A stretch of 64,000 bases of DNA from a bacterium (GTDB lineage Bacteria; Patescibacteriota; Minisyncoccia; Phycocordibacterales; UBA2100): the NCBI GenBank assembly GCA_016789445.1, contig JAEUQT010000001.1, positions 131,603-195,602 on the forward strand. The letters run 5' to 3'. Numbering within the stretch: position 1 is the first letter of the stretch; every line of letters starts with the position of its first letter. The translations under genes were made by a program, and so were the position numbers. The notes under the pieces were generated by a model. It did not search any database and had not been told where the DNA came from. It saw only the letters and a list, made by a program, of their open reading frames with translations. This document shows positions 18,801 through 27,165 of the stretch, one piece after another.

Positions 18801-19718
18801 CTAGCTACGCAAATACCGGCGGACCGCCAGGAAGCTCGAGATGGCTCCCAGCGCGATGCCGAGTCCGATGATGGTGAAGAAAAGGCTCGGGAACGAGCTC
18901 ACGTAGTAGTCGAACACGTTGAAAGTGCCGAAGAATGCCTCAGACGCAGGCCCAAGCCAGATGGCCAACGGGTACAGGATAAGAAGCACGATGATGCCGG
19001 AAATGAGGCCGTAGAGAATACCCGCAACAACGAAGGGGCCGCGGACATACCAATGCCCTGCACCGACGAGATTCATGACCCCGATCTCATCACGCGCGGT
19101 ATAGATGGCGAGACGGATGGTATTGAACGCGATAAGCACGCTCGCTGCGGCGAGGAAGATAGCCGCGGCGATGCCGACGGTGCGCGAGGTCTCGATGATG
19201 TTGGTGAGGCGATCGATCGCCGTCTTGTTCTGGAAGAAGTTGACCTTGCTGATGGTGCTATCCGTCCCCTGCTGGGTCTCCAAGAACTGCGCGATCGATG
19301 CGTACTGCGACGTCTCCTTCGCGCGGATAGCAAGCGACGGACCGAGCGGATTCTCCGAGAGCTGATCGAGCGCCTGGATGGTCATCTGCTCGTTCTTATG
19401 GCGCTCACGGAACTCCGTCAGCGCCTGCTCGCGTGAGGTATACGCGACCGACGCGACTTCCGGCAATCGCTCAAGATCCTGCTTCACGCGCATCACCTGC
19501 TCTTCCGACGCAGTGGTGGTGAAGTAGACGTTCACATCCACCTTGTTGGTAAGCTGATCGAGCGTGGACTGGAGTGCAGCGCCGGAAACCATAAGGCATG
19601 CCATCACGAAGAGCGTGATGAGCATGATGAAGATCGCGGAGAGCGAAACGAAACCGTTACGGATGAAGCCGATGAGACCGTAGCGCGCGACACGTTTGGT
19701 GGTTACCCAGAATGACAT
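18801..19718 (-). CDS. ftsX: cell-division permease FtsX
   Basis: Four-transmembrane FtsX topology with a large periplasmic loop, directly downstream of ftsE. Confidence 0.85.
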   Translation of the reverse strand: MSFWVTTKRVARYGLIGFIRNGFVSLSAIFIMLITLFVMACLMVSGAALQSTLDQLTNKVDVNVYFTTTASEEQVMRVKQDLERLPEVASVAYTSREQALTEFRERHKNEQMTIQALDQLSENPLGPSLAIRAKETSQYASIAQFLETQQGTDSTISKVNFFQNKTAIDRLTNIIETSRTVGIAAAIFLAAASVLIAFNTIRLAIYTARDEIGVMNLVGAGHWYVRGPFVVAGILYGLISGIIVLLILYPLAIWLGPASEAFFGTFNVFDYYVSSFPSLFFTIIGLGIALGAISSFLAVRRYLRS

Positions 19719-19719
19719 A

Positions 19720-20409
19720 TTACAGAGTGTATTTACCTTCCTTATCGTCGCGCACGACGCGACCCTGATCCAAGGTCACGACGCGACGGCCGACCGAGTC
19801 GACAACGGTCTTGTTGTGGGTAGTGAGAAGTACGGTCGTCCCGAGGTTGTTGATCTTCTTGAGGATCTCCACGACGTCATGCGTGTTCACCGGATCGAGG
19901 TTGCCCGTCGGCTCATCGGCGATGAGGACGTCCGGCTGGTTGACGATCGCGCGCGCGATCGCGACGCGCTGCTGCTCACCGCCGGAGAGCTGTCGCGGGA
20001 AATGCCAGAGCTTGTCGCTGAGACCCACGAGATCGAGTACATGCGGGACATCCGCCTGGATGTCCTCATCAGGCTTCCCTGCCACTTCCATGGCGAACGC
20101 TACGTTCTCGTAGATGTTCTTGGATGGGATAAGACGGAAATCCTGGAAGATGGTGCCGATGTTGCGGCGAAGACCGAGGAGCTCCCTATCAGAAAGACCC
20201 GCGATCTCTCGCGAGCCGAAATAGACCGTCCCTTCCGTCGGGAAGATCTCAGCGAACAGCATCTTGAGGAGGGTCGTCTTACCGGCACCGGAATGCCCGA
20301 CGATGGATACGAATTCTCCCGGATCGATCGAGAGGGTGATGTCTTCGACAGCGGGCACGCCATCGCTATATTTCTTCGTCACTCGATCGAAATAAATCAC
20401 GGACCTCAT
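19720..20409 (-). CDS. ftsE: cell-division ATP-binding protein FtsE
   Basis: Walker [24 protein letters not shown] and Walker [12 protein letters not shown]. Confidence 0.92.
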   Translation of the reverse strand: MRSVIYFDRVTKKYSDGVPAVEDITLSIDPGEFVSIVGHSGAGKTTLLKMLFAEIFPTEGTVYFGSREIAGLSDRELLGLRRNIGTIFQDFRLIPSKNIYENVAFAMEVAGKPDEDIQADVPHVLDLVGLSDKLWHFPRQLSGGEQQRVAIARAIVNQPDVLIADEPTGNLDPVNTHDVVEILKKINNLGTTVLLTTHNKTVVDSVGRRVVTLDQGRVVRDDKEGKYTL

Positions 20410-20533
20410 TATACCCCACTCATGCGAGGTGCAACAATTTCATGAATCCTAGGCCCCCAGCTCCTTTTCAGCGTCGATAGAAAGCCTCGCTTTATATAGA
20501 CTTGCTGGCTCGAGAATAGAAAACCCGGGTTTT

Positions 20534-21415
20534 CTATTCTACTCGCTGCGCGGCGTCTATGAACGACTGGATGTCCCCTTCGAGCACCTTCTCGATGTCA
20601 CGGCGCTCATGCTCGGTACGATGGTCTTTGACGAGCTGGTACGGATGCAGCACATACGAGCGGATCTGGCTTCCCCACTCGATCTTTGTCGAAGCCCCCG
20701 CCGAAAGTCCGCGCGCTTCCGCTTCCGCTGCCGCTTCACGCATCTGGAACAGCTTTCCGCGGATCATCTCGAGCGCTTTCTCTTTGTTCTGGAGCTGGCT
20801 GCGCTCCGACGTGACATGGACGGAAATTCCGCTCGGCTTGTGCGTCATGCGCACGGCCGTGTCGCGCTTATTTACGTTCTGTCCGCCGGGGCCGCCGCTG
20901 CGCGCGACAGTGATCTCAAGATCGGTCTCGGGGATATGGTCATCACCCACGTCGGGCAGTTTCGGCAATACTTCCGCGAGCGCGAACGAGGTCTGCCGCT
21001 TTCCCGCGGAGCCGAAGGGAGAAATACGCACCAAGCGATGCACGCCTGCTTCTTTCTTCAAGGCGCCGTATGCGCCGTTGCCGCTTACTTCGAATGAGAT
21101 ACTGCGGAATCCTCCCATCGAATTCTCGTTGGATGAGAGGAGTGCATTCTTCCATCCGCGGTTGGCAGCGTATTTGGCATACATGCTGTAAAGGATGCGC
21201 GCGAAATCCTCCGCATCATCCCCTCCCGCGCCTGCGATGATCGAGATGATTGCGTCACCCTTGTCGTAGGAGCCTGCACCCGCAAGTTTCGCCTTCAGAT
21301 CTTGGTACTCCTTCAGTGTCGCCTGTGCCTTATCTTTATCCGACCAGAAATCCGGCAACCCCATTGCCGCCTCGATCTCTACGATGCGTGCCTCGATCAC
21401 CTCTTTCCCTTGCAT
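20534..21415 (-). CDS. prfB: peptide chain release factor 2 (short form, no frameshift site seen)
   Basis: SPF and GGQ motifs ([18 protein letters not shown]). ORF 20534..21442. Start likely MQGKEV. Confidence 0.9.
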   Translation of the reverse strand: MQGKEVIEARIVEIEAAMGLPDFWSDKDKAQATLKEYQDLKAKLAGAGSYDKGDAIISIIAGAGGDDAEDFARILYSMYAKYAANRGWKNALLSSNENSMGGFRSISFEVSGNGAYGALKKEAGVHRLVRISPFGSAGKRQTSFALAEVLPKLPDVGDDHIPETDLEITVARSGGPGGQNVNKRDTAVRMTHKPSGISVHVTSERSQLQNKEKALEMIRGKLFQMREAAAEAEARGLSAGASTKIEWGSQIRSYVLHPYQLVKDHRTEHERRDIEKVLEGDIQSFIDAAQRVE

Positions 21416-21451
21416 GGCGGGAGTATAGCAAGAGGGGCGCATCTGCGCCCC

Positions 21452-21685
21452 TCAATGCAACGGCACTGCACGTACCAACATGATACGTATCGCGCCTTCC
21501 CATTGGACGAGGTCCCACACTCGAAATCGCGAGATACCTTCACCGTCTCGCGACGGAAGCGGAATTTCTTCCGATGTCTCACCGATATTCAAAAGCATGA
21601 GTATGACTTCCTCGTGATCAGGGTCGAGCTCAGCAACAAACTGAGGCTCATTGAGCCGATTACGGCAGTCCGCGAATACTCGCAT
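21452..21685 (-). CDS. hypothetical protein (77 aa)
   Basis: A strong GGAAAGGAGG lies 6 nt upstream of the ATG at 21685. No recognisable domain. Confidence 0.5.
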   Translation of the reverse strand: MRVFADCRNRLNEPQFVAELDPDHEEVILMLLNIGETSEEIPLPSRDGEGISRFRVWDLVQWEGAIRIMLVRAVPLH

Positions 21686-21724
21686 GCGCGACCTCCTTTC
21701 CTCTTCCTGAAGTGTACACCCTCT

Positions 21725-21800
21725 TGGAGCCGAAGACCGGGATTGAACCGGTGACCCCGTCTTTACGAAAGACGTGCTCTACCAACTGAGCTACTTCGGC
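21725..21800 (-). tRNA. tRNA-Thr (anticodon CGU), CCA encoded
   Basis: GCCGAAG TA GCTC..GAGC A CGTCT TTCGTAA AGACG GGGTC ACCGG TTCAATC CCGGT CTTCGGC T CCA. Confidence 0.9.
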
Positions 21801-21841
21801 AATGCGGATATCCTACGCGAAAATGCTGGATTTTCAATCTT

Positions 21842-21989
21842 ACGGTCCGGGATTTCACTGCTCGCCGTATTCTCGGCTGCGCTTTCGAAACCCTCGGTTT
21901 CGAATAACTTCCGACACGGAGGGGGTCCGGTGGGTCCCCCTCCGACCCTCCCCCGTTCAATCCCGGTCGGGCCTCTCGCTACGCTCGTG
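21842..21989 (-). repeat. tRNA-trailing element, subfamily 2 (after tRNA-Thr GGU)
   Basis: Same conserved blocks as 16611-16747. The inverted copy gttcaatcccggtcg (about 21953-21967) is complementary to the tRNA T-arm/acceptor. The degenerate direct copy acggtccgggatt lies at 21842-21854. Confidence 0.7.
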
Positions 21990-22062
<73 letters not shown>

Positions 22063-22078
22063 TAGTGGAGCCAAGATA

Positions 22079-22735
22079 TCACGCAATCGCGTAGTCCCAA
22101 AGCTCCCCTATGCGGGCCGTTATGGACGCATCGGCGATGTCTTCAGGATTCAGGTCGATACCGGAAAAGAGCATCTCTTCAAGCTTCAGGACGTTTACCG
22201 GGAACGTATCAGCGATATGTGCGGTCCCGTCCTCTTTCCAGGCAGCCGCATATCGCGCGGCCCCGTCTGCAAGGCGCTCCTGTACCGAGAGGACACCGAA
22301 CGGTCCGACGCGCATGTCCGCATACTGCACGATCTGCAGATTCACATCCTCACTCATCAGTATCTGCATCATATTGCGCAACCCCAGCTGATCAAAGATC
22401 CTCCGCTCAGCCCCCTTGCCTAACTCATCCAGTATCGCGTCGGTCGCCTCATGCTCCTCTGCTCCATATCGAGACCGGATCTTCTCCTGCACCCCCTCCC
22501 AATGAGGGATCTCATCTGGTGGGCAGAGTGATCGCAGGGCAGAATGCGTGGTATAGGTGAAATCGAATTTCACGATCGCACCGATATCGTGCAAGAGACA
22601 TGTCGAGAGGACGAGCCTGCTGTCCGCGCCCTGAATATGCTTCGCGAGCATCTCCCCTACTGCGGCCACGCGCAGCTGGTGCAGCTGCAGCCACGGCGGC
22701 ACCTGATATCGCTCGTAGAGTTCGCGAACGGTCAT
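22079..22735 (-). CDS. HD-domain protein (metal-dependent phosphohydrolase superfamily)
   Basis: H...LLHDIG motif; 218 aa. Confidence 0.7.
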   Translation of the reverse strand: MTVRELYERYQVPPWLQLHQLRVAAVGEMLAKHIQGADSRLVLSTCLLHDIGAIVKFDFTYTTHSALRSLCPPDEIPHWEGVQEKIRSRYGAEEHEATDAILDELGKGAERRIFDQLGLRNMMQILMSEDVNLQIVQYADMRVGPFGVLSVQERLADGAARYAAAWKEDGTAHIADTFPVNVLKLEEMLFSGIDLNPEDIADASITARIGELWDYAIA

Positions 22736-22752
22736 CGGCCCACCTTAACACG

Positions 22753-24318
22753 TCAGACTAATGCGATACCCTTCTCTTCGATACGCTTCAAGAGGCGCAG
22801 AAGGACCTGCGGATCGACCGGCTTCACGAGGTGCTCGTCGAATCCGGCCGCCTTCGATTTCATGCGGTCACTCTCCTGCCCCCATCCGGTCATCGCGATG
22901 AGCGCCATATTCTGCCCCCACGACTGCTTACGGATGGTCTCCGCCGCTTCGTACCCGTTCATCCGCGGCATACCGATGTCCAAGAGGACCACATTCGGTC
23001 GGTACGTATTGGCGAGATCGACCGCCTCGATACCGTCACGTGCCGTCCGTGTCTGGTGTCCGGCAAGATGCAGCATCATGTTGAGTGTCGAGACCGCATC
23101 TTCGTTGTCGTCCACGATGAGGATGCGCATAGACGCCGCAGGGGTAGGCGCGCTTCGATGCGGTCGTTCCACTGATTCATCCACGACGATCGGCAAGTGG
23201 ACCGCGAACGAGCTTCCTTTGCCATGCCCCTTACTCTCCACATGGATGGAGCCGTGATGCATCTTGATGAGACGCTTCGCGAGCGTGAGCCCGATACCGA
23301 GCCCTCCTTTCGTTCCGGAAGAATTCTCCGCTTGCCGGAACATGTCGAACACGTGCGGGAGCATCTCCGCAGAGATACCGATACCGGAATCCCGCACGAC
23401 GATCACCACTTCCCTGCCACGACATTCTGCGGTGAGCCAGATATGTCCGCCGGATTCCGTGTACTTCGCCGCATTATTGAGGAGGTTCGAGATCGCCTGT
23501 GCGATGCGCACGAGATCTCCTTTCAGGAAGACAGAACCCTCCGGCATCGTGACCGAGAATTCATGGCCGGACGATTCGATGAGCGGCTTCGAGGTCTCGA
23601 TCGCGACGCGCAGCACATCGGCAAGCGGGATCACTTCTTTCTTAAGCTCGAGCTTGTTACCGGTGATGCGCGCGATATCCAGAAGATCATCGATGAGACG
23701 TGTCATCTGCTTCATCTGCCTGCTCATGATGTCGAGCGCCCATTGCGATTCCGCGCTGCGTTCTCCCTGCATCTGCAATATCTCTATGGCGTTACGCAAA
23801 GGAGCGAGCGGGTTGCGCAACTCATGCGCCAAAGTCGCCAGGAATTCATCCTTGGTGCGTGCGGAATTACGCAGTGCATCCTCCGCTTTGCGACGCGCGG
23901 TCACATCGCTCACGATCTTCATGACGCCCGTAATGCGCCCATCCTCGTATAGTGGCGCAGCGGAAAGATTCACATGCACGAGGGAACCGGATTTCGTGCG
24001 CCGGAATGTCTCGATATCATAGAAAGTCTCGCCGTGAGCGGCGCGGGTCCGGAAGTGCTCGAATTCCTCCACCTTGTCCCGCGGTACGAACGGTACCGGA
24101 TTCCCCAAAACCTCGGACGCCTTCCATCCGAAAAGACGCTCGGCCGCAGGATTCCAGAGACGCACGATACCGCTATCCGGATCAAGCACGATGATAGGAA
24201 GCGGCGCAGCCGCGATGAGCGTGCGCAGCATGGCGTTCGCACGACGCAATTCATCAAGCATGTGTGTCTCCTCGCCCGCGGGTCCTGACTGTCCATCCTG
24301 AGTGACGTAATGCGGCAT
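22753..24318 (-). CDS. PAS-domain hybrid sensor histidine kinase / response regulator
   Basis: PAS (IVLDPDSGIVRLWNPAAERLFGW), the H-box FLATLAHELRNPL, HATPase (N, G1, G2 boxes), and a C-terminal receiver (ILIVDDNED...LLDIGMPRMNG...KP). Confidence 0.92.
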   Translation of the reverse strand: MPHYVTQDGQSGPAGEETHMLDELRRANAMLRTLIAAAPLPIIVLDPDSGIVRLWNPAAERLFGWKASEVLGNPVPFVPRDKVEEFEHFRTRAAHGETFYDIETFRRTKSGSLVHVNLSAAPLYEDGRITGVMKIVSDVTARRKAEDALRNSARTKDEFLATLAHELRNPLAPLRNAIEILQMQGERSAESQWALDIMSRQMKQMTRLIDDLLDIARITGNKLELKKEVIPLADVLRVAIETSKPLIESSGHEFSVTMPEGSVFLKGDLVRIAQAISNLLNNAAKYTESGGHIWLTAECRGREVVIVVRDSGIGISAEMLPHVFDMFRQAENSSGTKGGLGIGLTLAKRLIKMHHGSIHVESKGHGKGSSFAVHLPIVVDESVERPHRSAPTPAASMRILIVDDNEDAVSTLNMMLHLAGHQTRTARDGIEAVDLANTYRPNVVLLDIGMPRMNGYEAAETIRKQSWGQNMALIAMTGWGQESDRMKSKAAGFDEHLVKPVDPQVLLRLLKRIEEKGIALV

Positions 24319-24427
24319 ATGACCCCCGAAAGCGCGAAGACGCTGACATCCGGATTAAACCATCTCGATGATGAGGTGAAGATGAAGATTCCCTTGCACG
24401 CTTCATTTTGGAGGTATACTGGTCGGT

Positions 24428-24811
24428 ATGAATGAGATGTTCAGGAAGCTATCCCACCGCGCAAGTGCAAGCTTGGGTTCCCCATGGGCATTCGCCATAG
24501 CCCTCTCCATCGTCTTGCTGTGGGCATTCGCGGGGCCGCTGGTCAATTTTTCCACCACGTGGCAGCTTTTCATCAATACGATGACGACCATCCTCACCTT
24601 CCTCATGGTCTTCCTCATCCAGAACACTCAGAACCGCGATGCGCGCGCGATGCAGCTCAAGCTCGACGAGCTCATCCGCGCCGTCCGCCCTGCGCGCGAC
24701 ATGCTCATCGACATCGAGGATATGGAAGAAGAAGAGCTCATGCTTCTCCAGGATGAATTCAAGAAGTTCCGCGAGACCAAGATCAACGAAATCAGATCGA
24801 AGCGCCGCTAG
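24428..24811 (+). CDS. low-affinity iron permease family protein
   Basis: SPWAF...STTWQLFINTMTTILTFLMVFLIQNTQNRDARAMQLKLDELIRA is the family signature as I recall it. Confidence 0.8.
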   Translation: MNEMFRKLSHRASASLGSPWAFAIALSIVLLWAFAGPLVNFSTTWQLFINTMTTILTFLMVFLIQNTQNRDARAMQLKLDELIRAVRPARDMLIDIEDMEEEELMLLQDEFKKFRETKINEIRSKRR

Positions 24812-24832
24812 TACGACTGCTACAATACGCAG

Positions 24833-25666
24833 ATGCTCGGTGTCATCCTGATCGCAGTCGGCGAACTCTTCGCCGAAGCAAGCGCTACGATCGGCCGCTA
24901 CGAAGTGAAGCACCGTAAAGAGACCCTCTATACGATGGGGTTCCTGAGCGGCTTCTGGGCCACGGTCTTCCTCGTCATCTACAGCTTCACGTGGGGAGAA
25001 TTCAGGTTTTCGTACGATAGTCTTCCGACATTCGGAGCGCGACTCGGCCTCGAGATAGCGCTTCTTCTTTTCTCATTGCACGCGATGGTTCAGGCCGATA
25101 GGAGCACGTTCGCGTTCCTGCGCACGTTCACTATCCCCCTGCTTCTTGCGGCAGACCTCGCGCTTGGATACCCGCTTTCCATCAATCAGGTATTCGGTGT
25201 ATCTCTTATCGTCATCGCGCTCCTCATCCTTCTTCTCAATCACGGCCTCAGCCGTCGCGGCAAGCTGCTCTCGCTCATGTCGGCGATCTGCGCGGTAGGG
25301 ACGATCACGCTCTACAAGTACAACATCACGTATTTCAATTCAGTCGAAGCCGAGCAGACATTGATGCACGTGTTCCTGCTGGTTGCGATCGCAGCAGCCG
25401 CAAAGCTTCAGACCGGCGAAGATGTCACCCGTCGCATGTTCAAACCGGTCTTCTTCGCACAATCGCTTCTCGCCGGTGTCGCGACCATGCTCTTCAGTTT
25501 CGCGTTCCTGTTCGCCCCGGCCTCTGTCATCACGGCGGTGAAGCGGTCCTTGGAGATCCTTGGTGCAATCGTCTTCGGTCGCAAGTATTTCCATGAGAAA
25601 CACGTGCTCCTGAAACTGCTCGCCTGTGCGCTCGTTGCGGGAGGGATCGGGCTGATGGTGGTGTAG
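24833..25666 (+). CDS. DMT/EamA-like 10-TM transporter
   Basis: 277 aa with ~10 hydrophobic helices in two halves. Family assignment is by topology only. Confidence 0.55.
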   Translation: MLGVILIAVGELFAEASATIGRYEVKHRKETLYTMGFLSGFWATVFLVIYSFTWGEFRFSYDSLPTFGARLGLEIALLLFSLHAMVQADRSTFAFLRTFTIPLLLAADLALGYPLSINQVFGVSLIVIALLILLLNHGLSRRGKLLSLMSAICAVGTITLYKYNITYFNSVEAEQTLMHVFLLVAIAAAAKLQTGEDVTRRMFKPVFFAQSLLAGVATMLFSFAFLFAPASVITAVKRSLEILGAIVFGRKYFHEKHVLLKLLACALVAGGIGLMVV

Positions 25667-25670
25667 GTTT

Positions 25671-25899
25671 GAGTGACGGGACTCGGTCACAGATATTTCT
25701 TGCGCCGTCGGACAGATTTTTTCGCGACCATAGGCATCGTCTCGGCCAAGAGCTCATTCGTCGCCGTCGCTCCTCATTCCTCTCGGCCCTGATTTTGCGA
25801 CCCCGTCTGCTGACGGGTCCGCCGCAAAATCTTTCGAGTCCCGCCACTCTGCTGAAAAACGCAACAACCCCGACGGCATGCGTCGGGGTTGGCGTTTTG
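25671..25899 (-). repeat. tRNA-trailing element, subfamily 1, composite (after tRNA-Asp)
   Basis: The direct copy gagtgacgggactcg at 25671-25685 matches tRNA 25903-25917 and is followed by GTCACAGATA. The inverted copy is ttcgagtcccgccactc at ~25832-25848. A terminator hairpin CCCCGACG/CGTCGGGG with U-run (25855-25888) lies next to the tRNA. Confidence 0.8.
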
Positions 25900-25973
25900 C
25901 GCGAGTGACGGGACTCGAACCCGCAGCCTTTCCCGTGACAGGGGAATGCTCTAACCAATTGAGCTACACCCGC
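25900..25973 (-). tRNA. tRNA-Asp (anticodon GUC)
   Basis: GCGGGTG TA GCTC AATTGGTTA GAGC A TTCCC CTGTCAC GGGAA AGGCT GCGGG TTCGAGT CCCGT CACTCGC G. Confidence 0.9.
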
Positions 25974-26088
25974 AAGTGAGGAGTAAAGAGGATGCTAGCA
26001 TACTCTTTCTCCGAGCGCAGCGGGTGTATGAGCTCACGATTACACCCGCATTCAGAGGCGGCTAAGCCGCATGAGCCCGTACAATATA

Positions 26089-26352
26089 TCACTTCCCTCC
26101 CCTTTTCAAACCCTTCTTCCCTAAGAGATGCTTCGCCACATCCATGCCGGAAACCAAGCCCCAGACAGCATTCACCACCATGAACGGCAGCACTCCCGAA
26201 TGGTACGCATACGTAAATAGGCCTATGGATGCGACGAAGTTCAAGAGGTCGTAGGTAAGGCTTTCCGCATCAAGTTTGCTCCACTCATTACCGACAAAGG
26301 CGGTCAGTGTAAGGGCCGCCGAGCCGATACCGATGATGTCTATAAACTCCAT
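26089..26352 (-). CDS. small membrane protein, CBU_0592-like
   Basis: 87 aa with three transmembrane helices. The pattern D..G..G..L...F........D...Y..LN...S resembles that family. Moderate recall only. Confidence 0.5.
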   Translation of the reverse strand: MEFIDIIGIGSAALTLTAFVGNEWSKLDAESLTYDLLNFVASIGLFTYAYHSGVLPFMVVNAVWGLVSGMDVAKHLLGKKGLKRGGK

Positions 26353-26370
26353 CTCTCTATTCTATCGTAG

Positions 26371-26539
26371 TGTCGAGGGTGGGGGTCGGTCACGAATAAT
26401 TTCTGTCCCGTCGGACAGAAATTTTCGCGACCCCGGCTCGCGGTCTCGCCTGCTGGCGAGACATCGCTCCGCCTTTCGACCCCCACACGCTGTGTGCGCA
26501 GGCACACAGCCCTCGACACAAATCCACTTCGTATATTTG
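26371..26539 (-). repeat. tRNA-trailing element, subfamily 1 (after tRNA-Met)
   Basis: The 18-nt direct repeat tgtcgagggtgggggtcg occurs at 26371-26388 and 26540-26557. Core hairpins lie at 26388-26432 and 26443-26462. The inverted copy is cgacccccac (26477-26486) + hairpin + cctcgaca (26511-26518). Confidence 0.85.
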
Positions 26540-26613
26540 TGTCGAGGGTGGGGGTCGAACCCACGACCTTGGCTTTATGAATGCCACGCTCTAACCAACT
26601 GAGCTACCCCGAC
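26540..26613 (-). tRNA. tRNA with CAU anticodon (elongator Met, or Ile2 if lysidinylated)
   Basis: GTCGGGG TA GCTC AGTTGGTTA GAGC G TGGCA TTCATAA AGCCA AGGTC GTGGG TTCGACC CCCAC CCTCGAC A. It has a 31:39 A-A mismatch. Confidence 0.85.
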
Positions 26614-26723
26614 AAGTGAGGAACAAAATGAGGATATACCATATTCTCATTTTTTCCGAACGCAGTCGGGCGCATGAGCATGCGAGGACCCGACGTCCTG
26701 CCAAACGTATCATTTTAACGTGC

Positions 26724-27143
26724 TTATTTCAACGTTCCTTTTACGCTCTCGAAAAACTCCTTGTCCTTGGGATGCGTGAGTAATTTCGAGACGTCATCGA
26801 TCGGAACCCATCGCGCCTCGGGATTATCAGCATCGGTCGGTGCAAGCGCTTGCTGCAGGGTCTTATAGAGGAACATATGGATACGCTTCAGCTCACTCGT
26901 ATCCTCTCCCTCCCCGCCCTTACCGATCTTGTAGCGCTCGTACGACCCGAGGTCGCGAATGAACGCCAGCTGCGTGACGCCTGATTCTTCGATAATCTCA
27001 CGCTCCGCCGCTTGCTGCGGCGTCTCTCCCGGATCAACATGACCTTTCGGCAGAGACCACGAATCACCGCGCTGACTGACGACGATCACCTCATTGAGCT
27101 GGTTAAGCACGATACCTCCTGCGCTTTCGGTCACGTTCTGCAT
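26724..27143 (-). CDS. NUDIX hydrolase
   Basis: ORF 26724..27446 trimmed to MQNVTESAGG. Nudix box GHVDPGETPQQAAEREIIEESG. The upstream 101 codons run through the repeat and the tRNA. Confidence 0.85.
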   Translation of the reverse strand: MQNVTESAGGIVLNQLNEVIVVSQRGDSWSLPKGHVDPGETPQQAAEREIIEESGVTQLAFIRDLGSYERYKIGKGGEGEDTSELKRIHMFLYKTLQQALAPTDADNPEARWVPIDDVSKLLTHPKDKEFFESVKGTLK

Positions 27144-27165
27144 GGCGGTAGTATGCCATATGTAC

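Noticed and set aside
26385-26480. Recurring peptide FRDPGSR(S/F)RLLA(R/E)(H/Q)RSAFR translated from the repeat cores, which could be a repeated small protein
   Set aside because: The repeats differ by compensatory stem changes and indels in hairpin loops that would not preserve a protein. The frames are embedded in spurious ORFs that run through tRNAs. A non-coding structure explains the conservation better.
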